Assembly (NCBI GenBank): GCA_002269645.1
Contig: NIVC01000842.1
Coordinates: 1 to 64,000 of the forward strand
DNA: 64,000 nucleotides
Source of the DNA: Macrostomum lignano
Taxonomy: Eukaryota
Direction: 5' to 3'
In this document: positions 36,856 through 48,700 of the stretch, one piece after another
Position numbering within the stretch: the first letter of the stretch is position 1
How the letters are laid out: the number at the start of each line of letters is the position of its first letter
Made by a program: the position numbers and the translations under genes
Notes under the pieces: generated by a model
The model's database searches: none
What the model saw: the letters and a program-made list of their open reading frames with translations, nothing else
Told to the model about the DNA's origin: nothing

Positions 36856-39800
36856 CAGGGGCGTCGCCACCGGGGGGGGGGGGGCATGTCCCCCCCCCGG
36901 TAAAATCTAGGAGGGGATTTTACGATGCTTTGCCCCCCCCCCCCGCCTCACCTCGTGAATAAAGTCAAGAATTCAATAATTTTGCTTCAGGGCAACAAAA
37001 TACAGCACTAAAATGAGTGCCTGCGGCGCTAAAATGAGTGCCTGCAGCTCTAAAATGAGTTCCTGTGGCGCTAAAATGAGCGCCTGCGGTGCTAAAATGA
37101 CTGCCTGCGGCGCTAAAATGAGTGCCTGCGGTGCTAAAATGACTGCCTGCGGCGCTAAAATGAGTACCTGCGGCGCTAAAATGAGTGCCTGCGGCGCTAA
37201 AATGAGTGCCTGCGGCGCTAAAATGAGTACCTGCGGCGCTAAAATGAGTGCCTGCGGCGCTAAAATGAGTGCCTCCGGCGCTAAAATGAGTGCCTGCGGC
37301 GCTAAAATGAGTGCCTGCGGCGCTAAAATGAGTGCCTGCAGCTCTAAAATGAGTTCCTGTGGCGCTAAAATGAGTGCCTGCGGTGCTAAAATGACTGCCT
37401 GCGGCGCTAAAATGAGTACCTGCGGCGCTAAAATGAGTGCCTGCGGCGCTAAAATGAGTGCCTGCGGCGCTAAAATGAGTACCTGCGGCGCTAAAATGAG
37501 TGCCTGCGGCGCTAAAATGAGTGCCTCCGGCGCTAAAATGAGTGCCTGTGGCGCTAAAATGAGTGCCTGCAGCTCTAAAATGAGTTCCTGTGGCGCTAAA
37601 ATGAGTGCCTGCGGTGCTAAAATGACTGCCTGCGGCGCTAAAATGAGTACCTGCGGCGCTAAAATGAGTGCCTGCGGCGCTAAAATGAGTGCCTGCGGCG
37701 CTAAAATGAGTACCTGCGGCGCTAAAATGAGTGCCTGCGGCGCTAAAATGAGTGCCTGCGGCGCTAAAATGAGTACCTGCGGCGCTAAAATGAGTGCCTG
37801 CGGCGCTAAAATGAGTGCCTGCGGCGCTAAAATGAGTACCTGCGGCGCTAAAATGAGTGCCTGCGGCGCTAAAATGAGTGCCTGCGGCGCTAAAATGAGT
37901 GCCTGCAGCTCTAAAATGAGTTCCTGTGGCGCTAAAATGAGTGCCTGCGGTGCTAAAATGACTGCCTGCGGCGCTAAAATGAGTACCTGCGGCGCTAAAA
38001 TGAGTGCCTGCGGCGCTAAAATGAGTGCCTGCGGCGCTAAAATGAGTACCTGCGGCGCTAAAATGAGTGCCTGCGGCGCTAAAATGAGTGCCTCCGGCGC
38101 TAAAATGAGTGCCTGTGGCGCTAAAATGAGTGCCTGCAGCTCTAAAATGAGTTCCTGTGGCGCTAAAATGAGTGCCTGCGGTGCTAAAATGACTGCCTGC
38201 GGCGCTAAAATGAGTACCTGCGGCGCTAAAATGAGTGCCTGCGGCGCTAAAATGAGTGCCTGCGGCGCTAAAATGAGTGCCTGCGGCGCTAAAATGAGTG
38301 CCTCCGGCGCTAAAATGAGTACCTGCGGCGCTAAAATGAGTGCCTGCGGCGCTAAAATGAGTGCCTGCAGCGCTAAAATGAGTGCCTGCGGCGCTAAAAT
38401 GAGTGCCTGCAGCTCTAAAATGAGTTCCTGTGGCGCTAAAATGAGTGCCTGCGGTGCTAAAATGACTGCCTGCGGCGCTAAAATGAGTACCTGCGGCGCT
38501 AAAATGAGTGCCTGCGGCGCTAAAATGAGTGCCTGCGGCGCTAAAATGAGTGCCTGCGGCGCTAAAATGAGTGCCTCCGGCGCTAAAATGAGTACCTGCG
38601 GCGCTAAAATGAGTGCCTGCGGCGCTAAAATGAGTGCCTGCAGCGCTAAAATGAGTACCTGCGGCGCTAAAATGAGTGCCTGCAGCTCTAAAATGAGTTC
38701 CTGTGGCGCTAAAATGAGTGCCTGCGGTGCTAAAATGACTGCCTGCGGCGCTAAAATGAGTACCTGCGGCGCTAAAATGAGTGCCTGCGGCGCTAAAATG
38801 AGTGCCTGCGGCGCTAAAATGAGTACCTGCGGCGCTAAAATGAGTGCCTGCGGCGCTAAAATGAGTGCCTGCAGCGCTAAAATGAGTGCCTGCGGCGCTA
38901 AAATGAGTGCCCTGTGGCGCTAAAATGAGTGCCTGCGGCACTAAAATGAGTACCTGCGGCGCTAAAATGAGTACCTCCGGCGCTAAAATGAGTGCCTGCG
39001 GCGCTAAAATGAGTACCTGCGGCGCTAAAATGAGTACCTCCGGCGCTAAGATGAGTGCCTCCGGCGCTAAAATGAGTACCTGCGGCGCTAAAATGAGTAC
39101 CTGCGGCGCTAAAATGAGTGCCTCCGGTGCTAAAATGACTGCCTGCGGCGCTAAAATGAGTGCCTGTGGCGCTAAAATGAGTGCCTGTGGCGCTAAAATG
39201 AGTGCCTGCGGCGCTAAAATGAGTGCCTGCGGCGCTAAAATGAGTACCTGCGGCGCTAAAATGAGTGCCTGCGGCGCTAAAATGAGTGCCTCCGGCGCTA
39301 AAATGAGTGCCTGTGGCGCTAAAATGAGTGCCTGCAGCTCTAAAATGAGTTCCTGTGGCGCTAAAATGAGTGCCTGCGGTGCTAAAATGACTGCCTGCGG
39401 CGCTAAAATGAGTACCTGCGGCGCTAAAATGAGTGCCTGCGGCGCTAAAATGAGTGCCTGCGGCGCTAAAATGAGTACCTGCGGCGCTAAAATGAGTGCC
39501 TGCGGCGCTAAAATGAGTGCCTGCGGCGCTAAAATGAGTACCTGCGGCGCTAAAATGAGTGCCTGCGGCGCTAAAATGAGTGCCTGCGGCGCTAAAATGA
39601 GTACCTGCGGCGCTAAAATGAGTGCCTGCGGCGCTAAAATGAGTGCCTGCGGCGCTAAAATGAGTGCCTGCAGCTCTAAAATGAGTTCCTGTGGCGCTAA
39701 AATGAGTGCCTGCGGTGCTAAAATGACTGCCTGCGGCGCTAAAATGAGTACCTGCGGCGCTAAAATGAGTGCCTGCGGCGCTAAAATGAGTGCCTGCGGC

Positions 39801-41394
39801 GCTAAAATGAGTACCTGCGGCGCTAAAATGAGTGCCTGCGGCGCTAAAATGAGTGCCTCCGGCGCTAAAATGAGTGCCTGTGGCGCTAAAATGAGTGCCT
39901 GCAGCTCTAAAATGAGTTCCTGTGGCGCTAAAATGAGTGCCTGCGGTGCTAAAATGACTGCCTGCGGCGCTAAAATGAGTACCTGCGGCGCTAAAATGAG
40001 TGCCTGCGGCGCTAAAATGAGTGCCTGCGGCGCTAAAATGAGTGCCTGCGGCGCTAAAATGAGTGCCTCCGGCGCTAAAATGAGTACCTGCGGCGCTAAA
40101 ATGAGTGCCTGCGGCGCTAAAATGAGTGCCTGCAGCGCTAAAATGAGTGCCTGCGGCGCTAAAATGAGTGCCTGCAGCTCTAAAATGAGTTCCTGTGGCG
40201 CTAAAATGAGTGCCTGCGGTGCTAAAATGACTGCCTGCGGCGCTAAAATGAGTACCTGCGGCGCTAAAATGAGTGCCTGCGGCGCTAAAATGAGTGCCTG
40301 CGGCGCTAAAATGAGTGCCTGCGGCGCTAAAATGAGTGCCTCCGGCGCTAAAATGAGTACCTGCGGCGCTAAAATGAGTGCCTGCGGCGCTAAAATGAGT
40401 GCCTGCAGCGCTAAAATGAGTACCTGCGGCGCTAAAATGAGTGCCTGCAGCTCTAAAATGAGTTCCTGTGGCGCTAAAATGAGTGCCTGCGGTGCTAAAA
40501 TGACTGCCTGCGGCGCTAAAATGAGTACCTGCGGCGCTAAAATGAGTGCCTGCGGCGCTAAAATGAGTGCCTGCGGCGCTAAAATGAGTACCTGCGGCGC
40601 TAAAATGAGTGCCTGCGGCGCTAAAATGAGTGCCTGCAGCGCTAAAATGAGTGCCTGCGGCGCTAAAATGAGTGCCCTGTGGCGCTAAAATGAGTGCCTG
40701 CGGCACTAAAATGAGTACCTGCGGCGCTAAAATGAGTACCTCCGGCGCTAAAATGAGTGCCTGCGGCGCTAAAATGAGTACCTGCGGCGCTAAAATGAGT
40801 ACCTCCGGCGCTAAGATGAGTGCCTCCGGCGCTAAAATGAGTACCTGCGGCGCTAAAATGAGTACCTGCGGCGCTAAAATGAGTGCCTCCGGTGCTAAAA
40901 TGACTGCCTGCGGCGCTAAAATGAGTGCCTGTGGCGCTAAAATGAGTGCCTGTGGCGCTAAAATGAGTGCCTGCGGCGCTAAAATGAGTGCCTGCGGCGC
41001 TAAAATGAGTGCCTGCAGCGCTAAAATGAGTGCCTGCGGCGCTAAAATGAGTGCCCTGTGGCGCTAAAATGAGTGCCTGCGGCACTAAAATGAGTACCTG
41101 CGGCGCTAAAATGAGTACCTCCGGCGCTAAAATGAGTGCCTGCGGCGCTAAAATGAGTACCTGCGGCGCTAAAATGAGTACCTCCGGCGCTAAGATGAGT
41201 GCCTCCGGCGCTAAAATGAGTACCTGCGGCGCTAAAATGAGTACCTGCGGCGCTAAAATGAGTGCCTCCGGTGCTAAAATGACTGCCTGCGGGATTCTGA
41301 AAATAATGGATATGTAAGAATTTCTTCCTGTACATATGTACATGTAAAATTCTTGGCTTTGTCCCCCACCATAAAATCCATGGCGACCCCCCTG
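36856..41394. mobile_element. Non-autonomous hAT-like DNA transposon (MITE) carrying a 4.3-kb satellite
   Basis: The left end CAGGGGCGTCGCCA and the reverse complement of the right end CAGGGGGGTCGCCA form TIRs. The 8-bp flanks ATCTCTAC and ATGTGTAC match at 6/8, consistent with a decayed 8-bp TSD. Confidence 0.7.
37003..41291. repeat. 21-bp satellite (GCGGCGCTAAAATGAGTGCCT), about 204 copies, with higher-order structure
   Basis: Directly visible. Single-base insertion variants recur at spacings of 1765 and 379 bp. Confidence 0.98.
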
Positions 41395-42793
41395 ATGTGT
41401 ACCCTTTACCCTTTACACTGCTGAGTCTCTCTGAACTGCAGAAATTGTTGTTGACAGACTACTCAAAGTTGATAATTGTGTTATAGCTCTAAAAAACCCA
41501 AGAATCTCAAAATTGATTAAGTTATTGATAATTTAAATGAAAAAATATGAGCTTGGTCCGAATTCAGGATGCCAAAATTAAAGTTGATGTGTCACAACCT
41601 ATAGGTTCAAAAAGCAGAAATTAACAAGTCTTAAGCTCAATACGCTCGTAGGTAAAAAACAACGATTTTGCAGACGCACACTGTGCCTCTTGAAAATATG
41701 AAAAGAAAATTGTTTTTTTTTAACCAGCCAAGAAGATTATAAAAGACATCAGCCTGCTTCGGCGTAGATTTTTGTGTCATAGTTTATTTTTGTTAATCTG
41801 TAACTGTTTGTTAATATGCATGCATGGCACAGTATTAAATTTGTGCGATTATCACGGTATATTGAATATCTTTTTTTGTGAAAAATAATCGCCAGAAGTG
41901 AACAAAATAAAGTCAGGACAAGAGCCTGGAGTAAGTTCAGTTTTGCCATATTTCGGTCGGTCTGGTAATAAGATAATTTTTTTTTTTTATAGGCGGTTCT
42001 TCAGACCGATGAAATGGCAAATAAATATAGAATAATTAATTGATTAAGACACGCTACAAGAAGGATGTCTACACGGAGGGCCATTACACATCAAAGCAGA
42101 AAAAACACGAACGAGTATTTTATAAATATAGAAAATGTTAAAGATTTTCAGACAAAACAAGTTCAGTGGTTTTAGTCGATACCATTCTTGACTAAAAAAG
42201 TCAATAAGTATTGATCGTCTGCAAAAGTATAGCTTCTTAACTAGCGAGTTGGTTAACAGGAAAATCCAGAAAACCCTTTAGAAAAAATTGGAAATGATAG
42301 GAGAAAAATATTCGAGAACTGCAGTGCTCTCAGTTTGGGGAAGAGCAATTTAAAGGCAGGAACTTCAGCGAACTTAAAGCCACTTCCATTGGCCTCAAAA
42401 TGAACAGGCCAATAAATAAATAATGATACTACTGCTTATTTAAGGCGTCTGTGTAGTATTTTTTCGTATAAATTTGCTAAGAAGAATAATTCTTTGTTTG
42501 CAAATATTCAAGTGAAATCACGGGTTTTTACTAATTCAAAACACCCAAATCTAAGTTAATTACGCTCATTACGCTTACGTGTTGAAATTTATACACGCAT
42601 CGACCGCTTCCAATTTTCCAATTTTCCAATTTCCAATTTTTGTTAAAATAAACCCAGAAAACATTCCAATTAAAACAGGGTCAAATAAAAAAGAAAACTA
42701 GACTAAATAATCATACTCACAGAAACAAATAAGTTGGGTTAATTTGTCTTCGAATTGTCTTGTACAGATCAATAATTGCCCAGTTCCATAGTT

Positions 42794-45700
42794 TCAATTC
42801 TTCTCAGACAGTTGCACCTCAAGCGCCTCCTTGCGCCGGTCGCTGATGCTGCCGTTCATCTCTAAGCTGACGCTTCTCAGGCCATTTCGGACGGCGCTGT
42901 TAGCGATGAGGTCGCAGGCTCGGTCCGACAGCCGGTTGCCCTCCAGGTCGATGCTAATTAGGCTCAGATTCGAGCCCAGACCCTCTAGCAGAGCAGCCAA
43001 GCTCGAATCGGTCAGGTCGCAATAGTCCAGCATCATGGATTCGAGTTTTGTGTTGCCACGCAGCGATTTTCCCAAATTGGCCCACGCAGATTCGGACAGG
43101 CCCCGACTGCCGGTGAGTTCAAGTCCGGCCAGTGGTGGATTCTCGGCCAGTAGACCGGCCACCTGTTGAAGGCCTTGGTCTGTCATGCCGGTGTTTCCCA
43201 GGTCAATCTGCAATGACAGTAGGCAAGTGTAAATGACGGATTTAAAAAAAAATTAATAAATGCGCTAAATTAATGCGCCCAATCATAGTCAACACACTTT
43301 ATATACTACTTTTTTGTAAGTAGACGATCTCTGTTACGAGCTAGAGCTGGCTAAAAAAGTTGTTTTCAGCAAGGAAAACTCAAGTAGAAGGACGCGAAAC
43401 CAAGGTTTCTTAGAAAATGTTAAGGAGGCTGGTTTTCGCGGAAAAATACACTACGCAGATAGAAAGTTTTCATGTTTTTCATATCAAAACTGTTATTGCT
43501 TTCGATAGGAGGCAGACCCAATGTTCGTATTTTGATATGTTGTGCCTTTCTTATGGCTCTATTGATATTCATGAAGCTTTTCGTTCGGAAAGTTAGGATT
43601 CTGACTTAATTTTTTTATTCTCAGTACATTTCCTGTGCGTTAAAATCATAAAAATGCATGGCACAGCTCGAATCTTTGGTTTTATGGATCTATTTTATCA
43701 TCTCCTTTACACATATTGTTACATGGTTCATAACACCAATGAGCCGAGCTGTGCCATTTTAATAGTTTTCAGGCACAGGACACTTGTAAGTGCACATGTA
43801 AGAGCCATAAGGAAGGCACAACATATCAAAAGATGACCATTGGGTCTGCCTCCTACGCTCGTATCAAAAGCAATAACAATTTTTGTGCTGAAAAATGAAA
43901 ACTTTCCATCTCCGCAGTGTATTTTTCTGCGAAAACCAGCCTCCTTAACATTTTCGAAGAAACGCTGCAGTTTAAGAGCTTTCTTAGATATCTTGAAAAG
44001 ACAATAGGACCGTGCTTGTTTGCATGTATCTGCACATTATTATTTCGCTACTCACCGTATCGATAGTTGACGAGTTGGTTCGAAATCTGTTTCTCAATCC
44101 TTTGACAAGAGCGTAGATACCGTCGTCCCCGATGGCCACGCTGTGCAAGTTGAGATTAGAAAGCTGAGGCCAACCGGACAGGCGCTCGGCGATGACAGAC
44201 GCAGTTCGTGAGCTAATGGAGTTGCATGTCAAGTTCAGGTAGTTCAATTTATCATAGCCTGCAAGAGCCTCGAGCATTCGGATAGCCTGACTGTCCGTCA
44301 GCTGGCAGTTGCGCACAGAAACTGACTCCATTTTCTCAGCTTTCTCGCGTTGATTGAGCTCTTTGAGAAAGAGTTCGAACTGCGGGTAATGGTCGGGTAG
44401 TTTGAGTATTCTCAATATTCTGCTAGACCACAGAATTTGCATTTAACTAAGATCTAAGTTTAAAATATACTCGAATTATTACAGCGAATAATCGTCTTTA
44501 ACTTGTAAACATGTACAGAGAACTTTTCCAGAATATGAGTACGTCATGAACTTAAATATGTTAACCTAATTACTTACTTCTTAATCGTACTTTGGATTAT
44601 AAACAAACTAAAAAAACGCAAGCATAAAAACTAATAAATCGTTTTTAAAGCATTAAATTCATAATAAAGTAAAATAAAAAATACTAAAAATATATATAAA
44701 TATATGTATGCAAGATTTTTAAACGAGAAAAAAATGGTTCTAGATGTGCAATAAAACATTTGTGTAATATTCTGCAATATGCCGTCGGCTCAACCGGTTA
44801 ATTCGTCTCAAATTTGTGCTCAAGAAAGCTCCGATCTGATAAGCTTCAATTTAATCATAGATACGGAAATCAGACTGGCGAGACTGAAAATTCTGTCTAT
44901 GGTCGACACTCGCTGGCATAGCGGAGTTCAATTTAATCCTTGGGGCATTAATTTGATCATTCTAATCATATAACGTTAGATATCCTGTGTTGAAACAAAC
45001 TTCGCTTCCCTGCAACCAGCTCTGTAGGACAAGGATTCGCCACTCTCGTAGCGAATGACCAGCAGGCGGAGTGTCCAGCTCTTCTTGCAGTTGTGGTTGA
45101 GTCAGTTGGCTTTTGGCTGCCTTCAAGCAGGCGTGCGCGTTCTCCACAGGATTGAGGAACGGCGAGTATGGCGGCAATGCACGCTTTGCACCAGATCATT
45201 GATGAACTTCTGGAACCTGGATGCCATCATAGTCTGTCCGAGGATCATATGATGTAAAAGACAAGCTAAAAACAAGTTACGATGACAGTGAAAATGTGCA
45301 TTGAAAACATAGAATGATCAAATTGATGCCCCCAGGATTAAATTGAAATCCGCCATGCCAGCGAGTGTCGACCATAGACAGAAACATTTCAGTCTCGCAA
45401 GCCCGACTTCCGTATCTATGATTAAATTGAAAGCTTTCAGTGCCAACTAGGCCGCAAAAAGGAATAATTGATTCCGTTTTTAGTGGCTCACGTCAACAGA
45501 GTAAAGCTTTGACAGTTTGACATCAGTACATCGTTTCAAGACAAAAAGATAAGTAAAACAATGTGAATAATCTATGGAAAGTCTAAGAAAAAGCATGCTA
45601 ACGTTCAGATCAAGATGTAAATATATAGGCTTCACTTGAACGGCAGTGAAGCTTGAAAATGAACAGAGTGCATGCAGTGAAGACTCCACTGAGAAGTGTC

Positions 45701-48700
45701 AACTCACCGTCTGCGGAATGTCGTTTATAAAATGTGTGGCGAAGTTTTTGTTAGCTAGTCTACACTTTCCATAGGTCACTACTATGAGTACTATACACTT
45801 GTGTACACTGTACGGATGTAGACAGTCAAGCACTTATTTGGAAGTGGCCGTCTAGCATTGACTGACCGAGTAAATGGTGCAGTAGTTGACTTTTAATGGA
45901 AAAAAAGTAGTGAACAAGGCTATAGAACTTGAAAAAATACAATTTAAACTAAGCACTTTAAGTTCAAATACAATAATAAGCTAGACTAGGTTTTCTTTCA
46001 TGGATTTTTCGAAAACAGATACAAAAACTGATTAACTGATAATCGCGGACTCACCTGTTCATCCGATAGCTTTGTATCGTACACAGAGACCCCATTATCT
46101 TTGAACAGATCGCGCACTTTTCCAATCCGAGTCTCCGGAGGCTGAATGTCGTCCGGTTGAACAGATCCGCTACGCATTCGGTTCTGTCTGGGCACAGACT
46201 CGGCAGCCTCATCATCTTCCCCGGCTGTTTCTGTGTCGGACTCGCTGTCGGACGAGTCGCTGTCAGCTTCGCTGGATTCCTCCGCCGTACTGCTGACGTC
46301 GTCATCGCTCTGCTCCGATTCGTCAGTGCTGGCTGTATCCGACGATTGAGCGGTGGCGGTTGTGCCGCTAGCCGCTGTCGATGGCTTTCCAAAGGATCCT
46401 GCATCGCCCGTGGAGGTGGTGGTCGCTCCAGTGGTAGTTGTGGTGGCAGCGGTGGGTGGTGCAGCCAGCGTCGGCACCGCCTGACGAGCGGACGAAGGTC
46501 GCGACTCTTCATGCTGGGACACTTCATCGTCGGTTGGCGGGGCCAGCAGAATGTGACTATCGCAGTCCCTGGTGAACCACTTGCCGCAGGGAAAGCTGCG
46601 CGTCACCCCGCGCTGTTGATCTTCAACCTCCACCTGGTAAGATTGAGATTTGATGCAGGTTATGGGCACTAATATAATCTTAACACGAGCTTCAACCTGT
46701 AAATATGGTACTAATCTGACAGCTGATGATCTAATGACGGGATGAAGGAGTGAAGGAGTGAAATAATGAAAATGCTTATTGGAAAATAGGCCACACTGAC
46801 AAGCATACGCTAATAAAACCATTGACACAGACACGAAAATCATCACTCTCTCCCAAGTTGTCTCACCCGTGAGAGCAGCCATCTGTCTTGCTCATACTGC
46901 ACGTCGGTAAAAATTCGTATTTTATTGATGGCACCCAGGTCGGGAATGCTGATGGAGAACTCGGAAGTACTGAAAATTTTCAAGATTAATAATATGCTTT
47001 TACAAATAAGGGTAAGGTAAAACCAAAAAATACAAGTATTTCGTATTACCTGCCACTCTGAAACTTTCTGCCTTGCTCATTTTTAAACGTCCTGACGTCT
47101 GAGTCACCTTGTTCACCGCACAGAACGATAGACACTGTAGCGTGAGTGCCAGCGTCCTCCGTCGAATCCGTGACAAAACGAATTTTGTAGTCGCATAGGC
47201 CTAATAATTGCAGACAAAAATGGTAGACAAATTCTTTGCAGCCACATTGGTGGGATTTTCTTGCTTCCATTTGCTCGTATGGGCTAAAGTTTTGAGCTTT
47301 AACTTTACCTTTCTCCTTAATTGCCTGCTGCTCTTGACGCATACGGTCCAGCTGATCTTCCAGCATCTGTTGCTGCTTCCTCTGCCTTTCCTCTTCCTCT
47401 TGCCGGCGCTCCTCTTCTCGCCTTTGAGCAGCAGCAGCAGCCTCCTCTTCGCGCTTACGGTCTTCCTCTTCGCGCTTACGGTCTTCCTCTTCGCGCTTAC
47501 GGTCTTCCTCTTCGCGCTTACGCGAAGCCTCCATTTCCTTCCATCGCTGATTCTCCTCTTCCTCGCTTTCATCTTCCTCGTCGCTGGAAGGCCGTATTTG
47601 TAGCGTAGCCGGCTCTTGGTCACGTTCATCCTCCGAGCCTGCATTTTTGTGGAGCGAATTAGAGTAAAAAATTTTTATTCATCCGTACAGCAATTGGACG
47701 TCGTCAACGTCAAGTCGATGTTTTTTTATTAGAGGCAGGGGGGTTGTGTGCACCCTGGCGCACTTTAAGCGACATAGGCACACAACCGGCGAGAGGCATT
47801 ACTGCCCATTCCGCCGACTCCCCTGAGTAGGCATACAAGCGCGCGGATACGTACGCAAGCACACATTCACACAGGAGTGTACAGCGGCCCTAACTTTATA
47901 TTATCGTTAGGCATGTACACTTCACTGCGCCTTGGGGGGTTGGCTCTCAAGGCCATTAATTGCACGAGCAGAGCCAAGCCGAGATTCCAATTCAGCCCCA
48001 AATTAATGTGACTGCACTTGGAATCGAGCCTGGGTCGCTGGCACACCAGAGCAGCTGCGCTACCGCTGGGCTACGGCCCCCGATAACGTCAAGTCGATGT
48101 TTCTGATGTTTATCGACGTTCGCTGGCAAATGAGGTACTTTTTAATTACGTATAAGGACATTGTGTAGCGTCATCATCCGTCAGCGTAGTTTTAAAAGAC
48201 CAACTTGCCAGCGACTCTTATCAGCAATATACAAAACAACTTGTCTAGACAGTAATTAGAGCGTACCAGAATCCGACTCCTCTGAAAAGCTTGAAATCCT
48301 GGTCTGAATGTGACCTTTCTTTTTTCGGTCGGCATCTGAAAAGAAGCAGTGTAAAAAATTAGTTTACATTCGATTTAATAACTTCGATATTAAATACAGC
48401 GCTCATACCAGAGTCTTCGCCTGAGGAACCGCGATCGCTTCCAGAAACGCGCCTTCGCTTCTCTTCTAAAAGAAGTAAGAAGTATCAATATGCTAGTCAA
48501 TTGTGTTTTGTATGACCTGAATTTCTAGCTGTTGGTAAATGATAATAATGACTACACGTGCCCCAATAGGCAGATGTGCAACCGACAGCTCAGCCGCAGC
48601 TATTGCGCGGCGCATCTGAAGGCTGCGTACGGCTGTTCAGTCCAAGGACTGGGGGGTCGCCACACACACCCTCAATTACCCCAGCTAATGCTGGCACCCA

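Noticed and set aside
36965-41343. Very long ORFs (658, 636, 602, 593 aa) of MSACGAK / GTHFSAA repeats
   Set aside because: They are by-products of a stop-free 21-bp satellite open on both strands. Frameshifting +1 variants are tolerated, the array sits within TIRs, and there is no signal peptide or splice context. Ribo-seq or proteomics would be needed to revive the idea of a repetitive secreted protein.
47995-48080. tRNA-like sequences (also near 4540-4605, 48760-48828, 50960-51030, 53720-53787)
   Set aside because: They have A/B boxes but no complete cloverleaf or acceptor stem, and they continue into repeated bodies, so they are SINE heads rather than tRNA genes.
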